From: Kiritimatiellia bacterium | Lineage (GTDB): Bacteria > Verrucomicrobiota > Kiritimatiellia > RFP12 > JBMNHG01 | Assembly: GCA_050950285.1 (NCBI GenBank) | Contig: JBMNHG010000003.1 | Span: forward strand, 186,001 to 250,000 | Direction of reading: 5' to 3' | DNA: 64,000 bases | Shown here: positions 28,461 through 39,566 of the stretch, one piece after another | Layout: each line of letters starts with the position of its first letter | Position numbering within the stretch: position 1 is the first letter of the stretch | The notes under the pieces: generated by a model | The model's database searches: none | Told to the model about the DNA's origin: nothing | Seen by the model: the letters and a program-made list of their open reading frames with translations, nothing else | Translations under genes and position numbers: made by a program

Positions 28461-29981
28461 ATGGCAGAGAAAAAACTGTTTGCAGTCGATCTGGGCGCCT
28501 CGGGCGGCAAGTGCTTCGTGGGGTTCTTCGGGGATGACGGCTCCTTCCGCATGGAGGAAATCCACCGCTTCGCCCACGAGGGCGTCCCCTTCTTCCTCGC
28601 GGACCGCACCGGCGAGGTCACCGAACGGACCTACTGGGACGACACGGCGATCTACCAGCAGATCCTGCGCGGCCTGCAGGCCTATCGCCGCACCCATGGG
28701 CCGCACCTCGATGGCATCGGCATCGACACCTGGGGCGCCGACGGCATGGTGGTCTCCAAGGACGGCGACCAGCTTGGCAAGGTCTACTGCTACCGCGACC
28801 ATCGCCTCGACAATATGGTCGAGGAGGTGAAGAGCCTGGTCGATCCCGCCGAGATCTACACGATCACCGGCATCCACTTCCAGCCCTTCAACCTCAACAA
28901 CCAGCTCCGCTGGTTCTGCACCCGACGCCCGGATTTGCTGAAGGTGGGCGCGAAGTTCCTCCCGATTCCCACGCTCTTCTACTACTACCTCGGCGGATGC
29001 ACGCAGGTGGACTCCACCTTCGCCAGCATCACCCAGCTGATGGACGCCCGCAGGCGCGTCTGGTCCCGCAAAATCCTGAAGAAGCTCGGCATCCCCGCGC
29101 GCCTGCTGCCCGAGATCGTCGATCCGGGCACCACCCTCGGCGCCCTGCGTCCCGAACTCGCCTCCATGCTCGGCCTGAACGAGGCGCCGCTTTTCGCCGT
29201 GGGCTCGCACGACACCGCGAGCGCCTTCGCCGCCGCCCCGGTGAAAAACACCCGCAAGGCGCTCGTCATCAGCTCCGGGACCTGGTCGCTCGTCGGCCGG
29301 CTCGTGCGGAAGCCCATCACGAACGACGCCGCCTTCGCCGCCAACGCCAGCAACGAGGGCGGCATCGGCAACATCCGCTTCCTTCGCAATTGCATGGGCA
29401 CCTGGATCGTCCAGGAACTCCTCCGCGTGTGGGAAATCGCCGACGGCAGGCGCATGGAGTGGGAGGAGGTCGATACCATCACCCCCGCCGCCCGGCCCTT
29501 CGCCGGCTTCATCGATCCGGACGACGCCCGCTTCTTCAATCCGGCCAACATGGAGGAGGCCGTCTGCGGGTATCTCGCCGAGACGAACCAGCCCGTCCCC
29601 GCCGGCCGCGGCGAGCTCCTCCGCATCGTGTACGAATCGCTCGCCCTCGCCTATCGCCGCGTGGACGAGCTCCTCGCCGCCGCCATCGGCCGCCCGACGG
29701 ACGTCTGCCACATCGTGGGCGGCGGCAGCAGCAATGTCCTGTTGAACCAGTTCACCGCGAACGCCCTCGGGAAGAAGGTCCTCGCCGGTCCGAAGGAAGG
29801 TACCGCCGTGGGGAACCTGATGGTGCAGGCCGTCGCCGCCGGCATCCTGCCCTCCATCGCCGACGCCCAGCCTCTCATCCGTGCGGCCTTCCCCATCCGC
29901 GAGTTCAAGCCCCGGGACACCGGGGCCTGGGATGCCGCCTACGCGAAGTTCATGTCCGCTGCCGCCCTCGCCGCCCGCTAG
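28461..29981 (+). CDS. rhaB: Rhamnulokinase/fuculokinase (FGGY family)
   Basis: AVDLGASGG, GIDTWGAD, YRDHR, GSHDTASA, SSGTWSLVG, NEGG, YESLA, IVGGGS, GNLMVQ. Confidence 0.82.
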   Translation: MAEKKLFAVDLGASGGKCFVGFFGDDGSFRMEEIHRFAHEGVPFFLADRTGEVTERTYWDDTAIYQQILRGLQAYRRTHGPHLDGIGIDTWGADGMVVSKDGDQLGKVYCYRDHRLDNMVEEVKSLVDPAEIYTITGIHFQPFNLNNQLRWFCTRRPDLLKVGAKFLPIPTLFYYYLGGCTQVDSTFASITQLMDARRRVWSRKILKKLGIPARLLPEIVDPGTTLGALRPELASMLGLNEAPLFAVGSHDTASAFAAAPVKNTRKALVISSGTWSLVGRLVRKPITNDAAFAANASNEGGIGNIRFLRNCMGTWIVQELLRVWEIADGRRMEWEEVDTITPAARPFAGFIDPDDARFFNPANMEEAVCGYLAETNQPVPAGRGELLRIVYESLALAYRRVDELLAAAIGRPTDVCHIVGGGSSNVLLNQFTANALGKKVLAGPKEGTAVGNLMVQAVAAGILPSIADAQPLIRAAFPIREFKPRDTGAWDAAYAKFMSAAALAAR

Positions 29982-30007
29982 CCCGGCGCATCCCGTCCCG
30001 TCCGGCG

Positions 30008-30844
30008 TCAGGCCATGCCGAACAGCCTTTGGGCATTGCGGCGGGTGATGGCGGCGATGCCGGAGGGGTCGGTACGCCGCTCGCGGGCGAGGCAGGCCGC
30101 GGTGTGGACGACGAAGGCCGGCTCGTTCGGACGCCCGCGCAACGGCACGGGCGCGAGGTAGGGGCTGTCGGTCTCGATCAGAAGCCGGTCGTCCGGAACG
30201 CGCCGCGCCACGTCGCGCAGCGCGTCCGCATTGCGGAAGGTGACAATCCCGCTGAAGCTCACGAAGAAGCCCAGTTCCACGCATGCCTCCGCCATCGCCG
30301 CCGTGCCCGTGAAGCAGTGGATGACGCCCGGTCGGCCTTCGGCGGCCAGCCCTCCCGCTCCGCCCATGATATGCTCGCGCAACAGGGAAAGGGTGTCTTC
30401 CTCCGCCTCACGCGTATGCACGATTGCCGGAAGCGCGTGCTCCGCGGCCAATGCCAGCATCCGCGCGAAGAGACGCCGCTGCTCCGCCCGGCCCGCCCCG
30501 TCATGGTAGTAGTCGAGGCCTATCTCCCCCACGGCGCGGAGCGGGAAGGCATCGTCGCGCACGGTGTCCGCCACCTCCGCCTCGAAGCGCGCCATCTCGT
30601 CTCCCGGCATCCCCGCGCAGGAGCGATCCAGCCCCAGCGCCGCGCCCAGCGACGGCATCTGGCTCGACTCGGACGAACGATCCGCTGCCAGGCCCACGGC
30701 GCGCCGCACCCCGGCGTTGAGCACGGGGTTCCCACCCACCGCCATCACGTGCGTCACCCCCGCCGCACGGGCCCGCACCAGCAGCCGCGCCGTGTCGCTT
30801 CCCTCGAAATGGGCGTGACTGTCGAAATATCCGCATTCGTCCAT
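30008..30844 (-). CDS. tatD: TatD-family hydrolase
   Basis: FDSHAH, GEIGLDY, IVHTREA, GVIHCFTG, SFSGIVTF, LIETDSPYLAP. Confidence 0.93.
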   Translation of the reverse strand: MDECGYFDSHAHFEGSDTARLLVRARAAGVTHVMAVGGNPVLNAGVRRAVGLAADRSSESSQMPSLGAALGLDRSCAGMPGDEMARFEAEVADTVRDDAFPLRAVGEIGLDYYHDGAGRAEQRRLFARMLALAAEHALPAIVHTREAEEDTLSLLREHIMGGAGGLAAEGRPGVIHCFTGTAAMAEACVELGFFVSFSGIVTFRNADALRDVARRVPDDRLLIETDSPYLAPVPLRGRPNEPAFVVHTAACLARERRTDPSGIAAITRRNAQRLFGMA

Positions 30845-30872
30845 GAAACCCACGATAGGACATTCCCCCCGA

Positions 30873-30979
30873 AACATCAACCATCCCGGAAGCCCTCCCG
30901 GGAAAACGAATTCCCATGCGCCTGCAGGTTGCAGGCGGACGCCTCCGACGCCGACGCTTTCCCCCGAATTTCAAGGCTG
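30873..30979 (+). repeat. 107-bp direct repeat copy 1 (probable solo IS end)
   Basis: Matches 33467-33573 with about 7 mismatches; contains CCCCGAATTTCAAGG near its end. Confidence 0.8.
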
Positions 30980-31113
30980 GCTTCGCGCTCTTCACGTCGC
31001 GCGAAAACGGGTCGAAGTCCTGTGCGGCATGTACAAGACCGGCATGCCGTTCAGCCTTCAAGCTGCGGGAGGCGTAACTTGTCGACAACCTCGCCATTTT
31101 GCGCTTTACTTGC

Positions 31114-31267
31114 TACTAACTCGGCCACAATTCATACTGCAAAACAGGGGCACGGGTTTTCCAACCCGTGACACGGACAGGAATGTCCGTGCCCCTTTCC
31201 CAGCTCCAAATTCCAGCTCCCCATGCCTCAATCTTCGTGCGCAGCGCTATTTGTGGCCGGGTTAGTA
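31114..31267. mobile_element. 154-bp MITE (TA-flanked, IS630-like ends) carrying a REP doublet
   Basis: TACTAACTCGGCCACAA (31114-31130) and TTGTGGCCGGGTTAGTA (31251-31267) form a 17-bp IR with 1 mismatch; internal hairpins CACGGG-TTTTCCAA-CCCGTG and CACGGACA-GGAA-TGTCCGTG. Confidence 0.7.
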
Positions 31268-31484
31268 ATAGCTTGTCCTCCTGCTTCCTCGTTCTCGGGC
31301 CAACACTGGCCCTCTACGAGATACATGCCCGGCGGCGGGCCAAAGTGGCGGACGGTTGGCGAAAAAAGTTGGCGCGGCCGAATCCATGCTTGACGGTTTC
31401 GCCACGACCGATGTACAAGATTCCCGTACTCGATCATGCGAGCGTGTGCCTCTGTGCGCTCGTCATGTCGGAGAGACGCATTCG

Positions 31485-32209
31485 ATGCGTTACCTGCTCA
31501 AATCGTGGCGATTCTGGCTGCTGCCCCTTGCCCTTGCAATGTTTTTACCGGTCAGAATGCGACGTTTGGCGTCAACACCACACCTTCCGGAATCACCCTT
31601 CCCGAGGGTCTTCTAACGTGGGGCGGTCTTGCATCGGGGACCGCACCAGAAGCGGACGTCACGTTCAACACCCCCAATTTTCTGGAGGTCGTTTCCGTTA
31701 CATGTGGAGGAAAGACAAAGACGGCTTTGGTTGCCATCAGAGATCAGCCATCTGGCATAGGCGAAACAGCCTATGCCTCGTTACATGCTGTTTATACAGC
31801 GATAGCTATGGCAAACAACCTTATTGGGACCGATGCAACAACGCTGGAACCATTTATTTGAGCAAATTCCACCTATCCTGGAATCCAACACAACACGGTT
31901 GCTGATGCTGCCCGCCATGCCTACTGGACGTGCTTACTCACCAGATACACCGTTGCAGGATACGCGGAAGGCCTGAGTACTCAACACGAAGTATCAAGCC
32001 CAGGCCCATCTACCGAGACGGTCATGGACCTTCACAACAACCTGATTGGCATTTCAATTGCGGGCGGACACACGCACACCTCCGGGCTGGCATGTTGTCG
32101 GTCCGCTGTTCAGGGCGCAGTTTCAGAAGGGGATCTGTGGTATCTCGATTCGTCCTACGAGGCCGTAAATACGGCAGAGGATGCGCTTCTCCAGTCCACC
32201 AACAAGTAA
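31485..32209 (+). pseudogene. Decayed secreted toxin gene with DUF6973-like C-terminal domain
   Basis: Signal-peptide-like start MRYLLKSWRFWLLPLALAM is out of frame with the body; in-frame TGA at 31859; continuation has DAARHAYW...QHE...MDLHNNLIG. Confidence 0.65.
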
Positions 32210-32223
32210 CGAGGGGCATCGGA

Positions 32224-32862
32224 ATGCGAACAGTGATTGCAGTTGGACTCATAATCCTTTGCGGCTCGAATATCCGGGCCGCAGATTCCGATCTGTTCCC
32301 GCTTCAAGGGCTGAGACTCGGAATGACGTCAAGCGATTTGCTGAAAGCTTATCCACATGCCAAAACGGCATTCGTCAAAAAAGACGGTGCAGGCCAATTG
32401 ACTGAAGGATTACTGCTCTGCGAGATAGCCAATAGTGCTTATTGGGACTCTGCTCTGATCAGGGTGCAGGAAGGGGAGGTGCAGTCGTGGTCTTACGTCC
32501 GCACAAAGGATTTTGACAGCGCAAGCAGAAGTGTGGGGGCGATCCATAAGGCACTCGTGGAGACTGTGGGCGGCACGTCCGAGAAGAAGGTAGCTTACCA
32601 TCTCTTGAAGCAAGGCAAAGTCCGGTCTCCCGTGTTTGTTTGGAAATTCGGCGATGTTCTTGCCGCGTTTACCCACAGTCCCGTTAAGGAACATCAATCC
32701 GGCGAGCCGTTCATCTGCCAACTCACGATTTTCCGCGATATCAAGGGTCTACAAAGCCTGTTTGATGTGGCTACAGATGAAAAGGACAAGGACTCCGAGT
32801 TGTTCTTGGAAGTAACGAGTGGAAGTGAAGTAACGAGTGGAGATGCGAACGCGGGCAAGTAA
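32224..32862 (+). CDS. Exported hypothetical protein, putative immunity protein
   Basis: GAGGGG RBS; signal peptide MRTVIAVGLIILCGSNIRA; low GC; directly follows the toxin remnant. Confidence 0.65.
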   Translation: MRTVIAVGLIILCGSNIRAADSDLFPLQGLRLGMTSSDLLKAYPHAKTAFVKKDGAGQLTEGLLLCEIANSAYWDSALIRVQEGEVQSWSYVRTKDFDSASRSVGAIHKALVETVGGTSEKKVAYHLLKQGKVRSPVFVWKFGDVLAAFTHSPVKEHQSGEPFICQLTIFRDIKGLQSLFDVATDEKDKDSELFLEVTSGSEVTSGDANAGK

Positions 32863-33205
32863 CACGATAGCAGCGATTATAGCTCTGGTCTTGGTCACCT
32901 GCGCCTTCTGGGTGTATTTGAATTGCCAAGGCCACTCTATTACGGTCGTAAATTCCGGGATGAAGCCAATCAGCGCTCTTGTAGTGACCGTTTGTGGCGC
33001 GGATTATTCGTTTCAGAATGTTCCCCCTGGCGGTCAGAGTCATCAGGCGTTTTTGATCACCGGAGATAGCGGCTTTCTTGTTCGAGGGCAATTTGAAGAT
33101 GGAGTTGCTATCCATGGTGGCTTTGGTTACGTCACCAAGAATGTCTCGCGACAGCATGTGGTAGTAGTTGTTCACGATAACGGGTCCGTGATCGGCAAGC
33201 AGTGA
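32843..33205 (+). CDS. Small membrane-anchored hypothetical protein, putative immunity protein
   Basis: N-terminal TM IAAIIALVLVTCAFWVYL then a beta-rich domain; low GC. Confidence 0.55.
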   Translation: MRTRASNTIAAIIALVLVTCAFWVYLNCQGHSITVVNSGMKPISALVVTVCGADYSFQNVPPGGQSHQAFLITGDSGFLVRGQFEDGVAIHGGFGYVTKNVSRQHVVVVVHDNGSVIGKQ

Positions 33206-33373
33206 TCTTCTTCCGGATCAGCGTCTGCTCTCGCAAGCTCGTGCCATCGCAACCGCTCCGCGTCCGCACACGGCATCTGTCCACGCACATGCCGCTCCAG
33301 TTTCTGGTCACCTCGCGTCAACCACGCCGCCTCCCAGCGAAACGCCGCCTTTTTCAGACGGGTAAGCTGCTGC

Positions 33374-33466
33374 GACGAGATGTTTTCCTCGAACATCGTC
33401 GTGGAGGTGCGGAACAACATCCTGGCAAGGGGCATACCGGAGCTGTCGTTCCCGATTGGATATACG
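33374..33466 (+). pseudogene. Fragment of a further hydrolase-toxin C-terminal variant
   Basis: [29 protein letters not shown] aligns with [27 protein letters not shown] and TMFTNTIPVAHRNELLAKAIPALSPSAG. Confidence 0.65.
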
Positions 33467-33573
33467 AACATCAACCATCCCGGAAGCCGTCCCGGGGAAA
33501 CGAATTTCCATGCGCCTGCAGGTCGCAGGCGGACGCCTCCGACGCCGGCGCTTTTCCCCGAATTTCAGGGCTG
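33467..33573 (+). repeat. 107-bp direct repeat copy 2
   Basis: See 30873-30979. Confidence 0.8.
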
Positions 33574-33656
33574 ACTTTTTTCCCCCCGCCCCGCATACTG
33601 TGTGTCGCCATGGGATCCGGCGGGTCGCCGGCCTGCCCCATGGGATGGCAGTGGAT

Positions 33657-36600
33657 ATGAACAAGCGCATCGCGATCGTCGCGGCGGCTCTTGTGCCGGT
33701 GGCGTCCCTGCAGGCGCAGGCGGGCTTCCCCTCTCCGGGATTTGCGGGCGAGCCGCACAACAAGACGGATCTGGCGCTGGCGTACGAACGGGGGCAGGCG
33801 TCGGGCGTCGGGCTGTTCTTCCCCGTGACGAACCGCGCCCTCACGGTGTGGGGCGGGACGGTCGACCGGACGGCGGCCGCCACGAACGGATTCGGCGCGG
33901 GGTTCCTGGACGGGCTCGCGGCGACGAATTTCGGCGGGGTCGAGATCTTCCCCGTCACGCTGCGCACGGACGACGCGAGCGGCGTCATCGGCTTCCACGA
34001 CGCGGGCGGCTCCCCGTTCGACGCGCTGCCGCCGCTGTCCGGCGCGGGCTACGCCCCGGACTGGATCGCGGAGCTGCACGGCGTGCCGGACGCGCCGACG
34101 AACGGCCTCTCCCAGTCCGCGCTGGACTTCACGCGCCTGCTGCTGCTGCCGTCGCACGTCGAGATGGAGTGGCATTTCGTCGACGCGACCAACCTCGGCG
34201 CCTACGCGGAGGCGCGGCGGAGCTTCTGGAACCCGCCGGGCGGAGGCGGGACGGGCGGGACGAACGGGCTGCGGTTCACGGGCATCCGGGTGGACTCCAA
34301 CGCCGTGCAGATCGCCCTGGCATGGCCGGAGAACCATCCGCTGCCGGGGAGCCGGCTGGACATCCTCTGCGCGCCGCGCCTCGACGCGACGAACGCGGCG
34401 GGCGGCGTCGCGTGGCATCCGCTGGCGCAGATCCCGGTCGAGCCGTCCGGGGGCTCCGCGTCCAACTCGATCCCCTTGAACCTGCTCCCGCCCGCGCAGC
34501 AGGCGGATCCCGACGGGCCGGCCGTCACGAACACGGCGGACTCCCTCTATGTCTCCGGCGTGGCCTACACCAACGTCGCCGCGCCGTTCGATGCGGAGGC
34601 GTCCGCCTCCGCGTTCTTCCGCGCCGCTTCGCTCGTCGACGCGGACGGCGACGGCCTTTCCGACGCGCTGGAGACCTGGGTCCATCTCACCGACCCCGAC
34701 GACGACGACACGGACGACGACGGCCGCCACGACGGCGCGGAGATCGCGCTGGGGCTGGATCCGCTCGACGGGAGCGACGGCCCCGACGCCGACCCCGACG
34801 GCGACGGGCTTCCGAACGCCCTGGAGGCCGCGCTGGGGACGGATCCGCGCGACGGCGACAGCGACGGCGACGGCCTCACGGACGGGGAGGAATACGGCCC
34901 GCCGTCGGTCGCGGCGACGGCCTTCCGGTGGTTCGACGCGTCGGGCGGGACGGATCTGACCGCGCGGTTCGCGTCCAACATGGACAATGGCTGCGCGGAG
35001 GGGGCGCTCCCGTTCCCGCTCTTCTTCGGAGGGCGGGCCCTGACCAGCCTGTCGGCCAACGCGAACGGGATCGCCGGGTTTTTCCCGGGCGCCGGGACGA
35101 TCGGCGCCGGGCGGTACGCCAATGGCGACATGGGCCGTGCGCACATGCCGTCCGGCTGCGGCCTGCTCGCCGCCGGGTTCTGGGACGACCTGTGCCTCTA
35201 TCCCGCGCTGGGTCCCGCCGTCACGCTGGCGGATGTCGCGACAAACGGCCACCGCCATTGCGTCGTCGAATACAAAAACGCGGGCTTCTATTCCGGCGGC
35301 GCGACCACGAACAACCTCGTCTCGTTCCAGCTGGTCTTCGAGGAGGGCGTCTCGAACCGCTTCCGCGTGTTCTACCGGGACGCCAACGGCCGCGGCGACG
35401 GGCGCTCGGCCACGCTGGGGGCGCGGACGGTCCCGCAGTCGCTCCAGTTTTCATGCGACACGGCGTCCGTCGCGGACGGCCTCGCGCTGGAATACCGCTT
35501 CGGGATCGGCACCGGCCCGCTCGACCCCGATACCGACGACGACGGGCTGGACGACGGCGCGGAGCTTGCCCTCGGCACCGACCCGTTTGGTTACGACACC
35601 GACGGCGACGGTCTTCGGGACGGCGAGGAGGCGGAGGCCGGCACCGACCCGCTCGACCCCGACACCGACGGCGACGGGCTGGGCGACTACTGGGAGTTCT
35701 GGAACATGCCGGAGTTCGACCCGCTCGACCCGTCCGACGGCCTCTCGGACTGCGACGGCGACGGCCTCTCCTTCGCGGAGGAATATCTCGGGACTCGCGG
35801 GCACGCCTCGAATCCCAACGACTGGGACACGGACGGCGACGGCCTCTCGGACGGCGCGGAGGCCGCGCTCGGGACCGATCCCTACCACCGCGATTCGGAC
35901 CGGGACGGGCTGGACGACCATGACGAGATTCCCGCCGGAACGAATCCGCTGAAGGCCGACACCGACAACGACGGCATGCCGGACGGGTGGGAGGCCGCGC
36001 ACGGCTTCGACCCGTCCGACCCGTCCGACGGCCCCGCCGACGCCGACGGAGACGGGCTGTCCAACAAAAACGAGCGTTATAAAGGCACCGACCCGCGCGA
36101 CCCCGACACCGACGGCGACGGGCGCACGGACGGCGCGGAGGTCGGCGGCTCCCCGACTTCCGACCCGCTGGACCCCGACACGGACGGCGACGGGCTGAAC
36201 GACGGCGAGGAGATCGCGCGCGGGACCAATCCCCGGAAACAAGACACGGACGGCGACGGCATGAAGGACGGGTGGGAGGACGTGCATGGCTTCGACCCGC
36301 TCGACGCCGCCGACCCCGACCCCGGCGCCGACCCCGACGGCGACCACATCCCCAACCTGCGCGAGGCCGCGCTGGGCACCTCCCCGCACTTGGCGGACAC
36401 CGACGGCGACGGCCTCGGCGACCACGGGGAAGCGGGGTGGATCGGCGCGGGGCTGCCGCCGCTGGCCGTCCCCGGCGGCACGAACGTCCTCGCGCTGATG
36501 GGCGACCCCGACTCCGGCCAGGCCGTCCTGCCGCTGCCCTTCCCGGTCGAGATCCAGGGCTCCGCCTGCTCCAACGTCTGCGTCGGGATCGACGGCTTCG

Positions 36601-39566
36601 TCGAACTGGGCCGGTCGGCCGCAGGCGGACGCCTTTCGGACAGCGTCCTGCGACTGGATGCCTTCCGCGACAACCTGAAGGCCTATCCCGCCGGGCTCGG
36701 CTCATCGGTCACGCTCGCGGACATCGCGACCAACGGCGCGCGGTACTGCGTCGTTGAATACAAAAACATGGGGTTCCATTCCGGCGGCGCGACCACGAAC
36801 CACCTCGTCTCGTTCCAGGTCGTCTTCCAGGAGGGCGTCCCGGATCGCGCCGACGTCGTCTTCCCCGCCGCCGCCGGGCGCGGCGACGGGCGCAACGCAC
36901 GGCTGGAGGCCCGAGCCCCGTACACCACGCTCGCCTATTCCAGGCACCAGCCCGCCGTCTCCCCCGGCCTCTCCATCGCCTACCATTTCGGCACCGGCAC
37001 CGACCCGCTCCGCGCCGACAGCGACGCCGACGGGATCGGCGACGCCGACGAGATTGCCGCCGGGCTCGACCCTCTCGCCTCGGACACCGACGGCGACGGC
37101 CTCTCCGACGCCTTCGAGCTCGCCAGCGGCATGAGCCCGTTCGTCCACAACGACACCGACGGCATCGCCGGCAACGGCGCGGACGAAGACCCCGACGGCG
37201 ACGGGCTGGCGAATTCCGAAGAATACCTGAACGGCACCGACCCCTTCAACCCCGACAGCGACGGCGACGGCGTCCCGGACGGCGACGAGATCGGCCAGGG
37301 CTCCGACCCGCTCGACGACTTGGACAGCCAGCCCCGCGAGGTCGTCCCCTTCACGATCCTCTTCGGCGACGAGAGCGGCAGCCACTCCGAAAAATACCGC
37401 CTGACGGTCACTCCGGTATCCGGCGACACCCGCCCCGGCTGGACGCTGGTGAACCGCGCGTTCGGCCAGCCCGACCCGCTCACCGTCAGGCTTGCCGCCG
37501 GGGCGACCTACGAGGTCGCGCTCGGGCACGCCGCCACCGACCCCGACTACGACGGCGCCCCCCGCCCCGACTACGACTACACGCTCGAGTTCTCCCCGGA
37601 CGCCTCCGCGCCCGGCATGGCCGTCCTCGCCGACGACCCCGACGGCATCCTCGGCTTCCATGACGAGAGCGACACCTTCTACGCCGCCGGGAAGACCGCC
37701 CGGCTCACCGTCGTCCGCGCCGGCCTCGTCCCCGACTACAACCGCGACCGGACGATCTCCTCCGCCGAAGCGTCCGGGGCCACCTTCCGCCTCTGGCTCA
37801 ACGACGACGCGGACGAGGGCGATGTCGCGGAAGGTGGAAGCGACCTCCCCGGCCAGTTCTCCGGCTGGCTGGCCAAGGCCAACTTCGGGGACAGGCGCGT
37901 CAACGGCCGCGCCGACCTGCCGGACTTCTTCCCCGTGTGGCTGGACATCGGCGAAGCCCTCGCCCACCTCGACGCGACGCCCGGCGGCGAGATCGAGGTC
38001 AGGCTGAGCCAGAAAAACACTGCGCTCGCCTATGTCCCGACCGCGCTCTCCACCAACGACGCCGGCGCCTTCCTCGTTTCGGACGTCGCGGGCCTCGCCT
38101 CCGCCGCCACGCGCAAGATCACCAACGCCGGCGTGGCGATCCCCGGTTCCTTCGTCGATGCCGTCCGCGCCGACCCGTCCAAGGGCGTCATCCTCGTCGA
38201 GGGCCGCGCGGCGACCTCCGAGCCCCTCGTCGCCGAGATCTGGCGCAATGGCAGGAAGATCGTCAGGATGGAGCTCCCCCTGCGCGTCACGCCCGTGGAG
38301 CAGATGTACACCCGCGTCAACCTGCGCAACGGCGCCGCCGTCGTGACGCCGGGCTCCGTCTTCCTGCCTGCCAGCGGCAAGAATGTTGTCTTTGTGCACG
38401 GCTTCAACGTGACCGAGGACGAGGCTCGTGGCTGGCACAGCGAGATGTTCAAGCGCCTGTGGCAGTCCGGCTCCAACGCCCGCTTCCATGCGGTGACGTG
38501 GAAGGGTGACATCGGATGGCCCAATGCCCTTCACTACCACGAGGATGTGGCCAGTGCCTTCCAGACCGCGCCGCACCTCAAGAATTACGTCAATGGCTTG
38601 TCCGGCGGGAAAATCATGATGGCCCAGAGCCTCGGCAACCTGGTCGTCTCCTCGGCCATCGCCGACCACGGCATGGGCGTGGACAAGTTTTTCATGTTCC
38701 ACGCCGCCGTCGCAGCGGAGGCGTTCGACATGTCGCAATGGAACACCGACGCAATGTATCAGGTAATGGTGCCCGGCGAATGGTATCCTTACCCGTCGTC
38801 AAGCTGGAGTGCGAAATGGCATGGGCACTTTCTGTTCGCCGGGCATCCGAATGACGACCGTGGATACCTGACGTGGAAGAACCGCCTCTTGTCCGTATCA
38901 TCCGCGACCACTCTCTACAACTATTATTCGTCCGGGGATGAGGTCCTCGAACTGTTTTCCGAGGCACCCGACAACAACGAGGGAATGGTGCCCTCTGACA
39001 CGTTGACATGGGGACGCTACGCATGGCACAAACAGGAGACGCACAAGGGGTGCGGCGCTCTCGACCCGTCCGGCACCTCGTGGGCGGGGTGGGGGTTTGC
39101 CGACCCGCCCCGTATGCGCGTGTTCAGCGGCACGGGGCCGACGGGAAACATCCTCTACGATTACGTTCCCAATACGGCCACGAACAAAGCCGCCATGCTG
39201 GCCTATCTGGCGGGAGACCCTATCCTACCACTGGACTTCTTCGAGGAGAACGTGATTTTTAAAGACAATCCGCCTGAAATCTTCCTGCCGGAAATCCCGG
39301 CGGACACGCGGAACGAAATCCTCGCCAAAGGCATTCCCGCACTGTCTGGTCCGACAGGAAGGCAAAGTGTCGGTATCAGGGATGGGGCCGGCAATTTGCT
39401 TCCTGGCAGAAACATCGACATGAATGAGGTTGAACGTCCCAATGGTTGGGGACGGACGAATCAACATTTTGTACAACGCTGGTTGCATGGTGATTTGAAA
39501 GCCATGGCGTTCTTCTATAACTTTAAGCTCTATGAAGATGTGGTTTCCAAAGGAGGCTTGAAATGA
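33657..39566 (+). CDS. 1969-aa secreted protein: signal peptide, thrombospondin type-3-like DxDxDG repeats, duplicated beta-domain, C-terminal alpha/beta-hydrolase (DUF900/lipase-like); putative polymorphic toxin
   Basis: [22 protein letters not shown]; many DTDGDGLxDGxE repeats; VVFVHGFNV oxyanion motif, AQSLG nucleophile elbow, [15 protein letters not shown] drops in the last ~800 bp. Confidence 0.85.
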   Translation: MNKRIAIVAAALVPVASLQAQAGFPSPGFAGEPHNKTDLALAYERGQASGVGLFFPVTNRALTVWGGTVDRTAAATNGFGAGFLDGLAATNFGGVEIFPVTLRTDDASGVIGFHDAGGSPFDALPPLSGAGYAPDWIAELHGVPDAPTNGLSQSALDFTRLLLLPSHVEMEWHFVDATNLGAYAEARRSFWNPPGGGGTGGTNGLRFTGIRVDSNAVQIALAWPENHPLPGSRLDILCAPRLDATNAAGGVAWHPLAQIPVEPSGGSASNSIPLNLLPPAQQADPDGPAVTNTADSLYVSGVAYTNVAAPFDAEASASAFFRAASLVDADGDGLSDALETWVHLTDPDDDDTDDDGRHDGAEIALGLDPLDGSDGPDADPDGDGLPNALEAALGTDPRDGDSDGDGLTDGEEYGPPSVAATAFRWFDASGGTDLTARFASNMDNGCAEGALPFPLFFGGRALTSLSANANGIAGFFPGAGTIGAGRYANGDMGRAHMPSGCGLLAAGFWDDLCLYPALGPAVTLADVATNGHRHCVVEYKNAGFYSGGATTNNLVSFQLVFEEGVSNRFRVFYRDANGRGDGRSATLGARTVPQSLQFSCDTASVADGLALEYRFGIGTGPLDPDTDDDGLDDGAELALGTDPFGYDTDGDGLRDGEEAEAGTDPLDPDTDGDGLGDYWEFWNMPEFDPLDPSDGLSDCDGDGLSFAEEYLGTRGHASNPNDWDTDGDGLSDGAEAALGTDPYHRDSDRDGLDDHDEIPAGTNPLKADTDNDGMPDGWEAAHGFDPSDPSDGPADADGDGLSNKNERYKGTDPRDPDTDGDGRTDGAEVGGSPTSDPLDPDTDGDGLNDGEEIARGTNPRKQDTDGDGMKDGWEDVHGFDPLDAADPDPGADPDGDHIPNLREAALGTSPHLADTDGDGLGDHGEAGWIGAGLPPLAVPGGTNVLALMGDPDSGQAVLPLPFPVEIQGSACSNVCVGIDGFVELGRSAAGGRLSDSVLRLDAFRDNLKAYPAGLGSSVTLADIATNGARYCVVEYKNMGFHSGGATTNHLVSFQVVFQEGVPDRADVVFPAAAGRGDGRNARLEARAPYTTLAYSRHQPAVSPGLSIAYHFGTGTDPLRADSDADGIGDADEIAAGLDPLASDTDGDGLSDAFELASGMSPFVHNDTDGIAGNGADEDPDGDGLANSEEYLNGTDPFNPDSDGDGVPDGDEIGQGSDPLDDLDSQPREVVPFTILFGDESGSHSEKYRLTVTPVSGDTRPGWTLVNRAFGQPDPLTVRLAAGATYEVALGHAATDPDYDGAPRPDYDYTLEFSPDASAPGMAVLADDPDGILGFHDESDTFYAAGKTARLTVVRAGLVPDYNRDRTISSAEASGATFRLWLNDDADEGDVAEGGSDLPGQFSGWLAKANFGDRRVNGRADLPDFFPVWLDIGEALAHLDATPGGEIEVRLSQKNTALAYVPTALSTNDAGAFLVSDVAGLASAATRKITNAGVAIPGSFVDAVRADPSKGVILVEGRAATSEPLVAEIWRNGRKIVRMELPLRVTPVEQMYTRVNLRNGAAVVTPGSVFLPASGKNVVFVHGFNVTEDEARGWHSEMFKRLWQSGSNARFHAVTWKGDIGWPNALHYHEDVASAFQTAPHLKNYVNGLSGGKIMMAQSLGNLVVSSAIADHGMGVDKFFMFHAAVAAEAFDMSQWNTDAMYQVMVPGEWYPYPSSSWSAKWHGHFLFAGHPNDDRGYLTWKNRLLSVSSATTLYNYYSSGDEVLELFSEAPDNNEGMVPSDTLTWGRYAWHKQETHKGCGALDPSGTSWAGWGFADPPRMRVFSGTGPTGNILYDYVPNTATNKAAMLAYLAGDPILPLDFFEENVIFKDNPPEIFLPEIPADTRNEILAKGIPALSGPTGRQSVGIRDGAGNLLPGRNIDMNEVERPNGWGRTNQHFVQRWLHGDLKAMAFFYNFKLYEDVVSKGGLK
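39033..39100 (+). repeat. Cassette junction repeat copy 1 (QETHKG..LDP.GT.WAG.GF)
   Basis: CAGGAGACGCACAAGGGG... recurs at 40756 and 43083. Confidence 0.85.

Noticed and set aside
31114..31267. Integron attC site (TAAC...GTTA)
   Set aside because: The boxes do not fit RYYYAAC/GTTRRRY, and there is no integrase or cassette array; a TA-flanked MITE fits better.
31859..31861. TGA recoding (Trp/Sec) in the toxin remnant
   Set aside because: TGA terminates mutS, rplT, ribBA and others here, and the gene has another lesion; a simple nonsense mutation is more likely.
34640..37330. CRISPR-like or tandem DNA repeats (GACGGCGACGG)
   Set aside because: These are coding DxDxDG repeats with irregular spacing; no cas genes.
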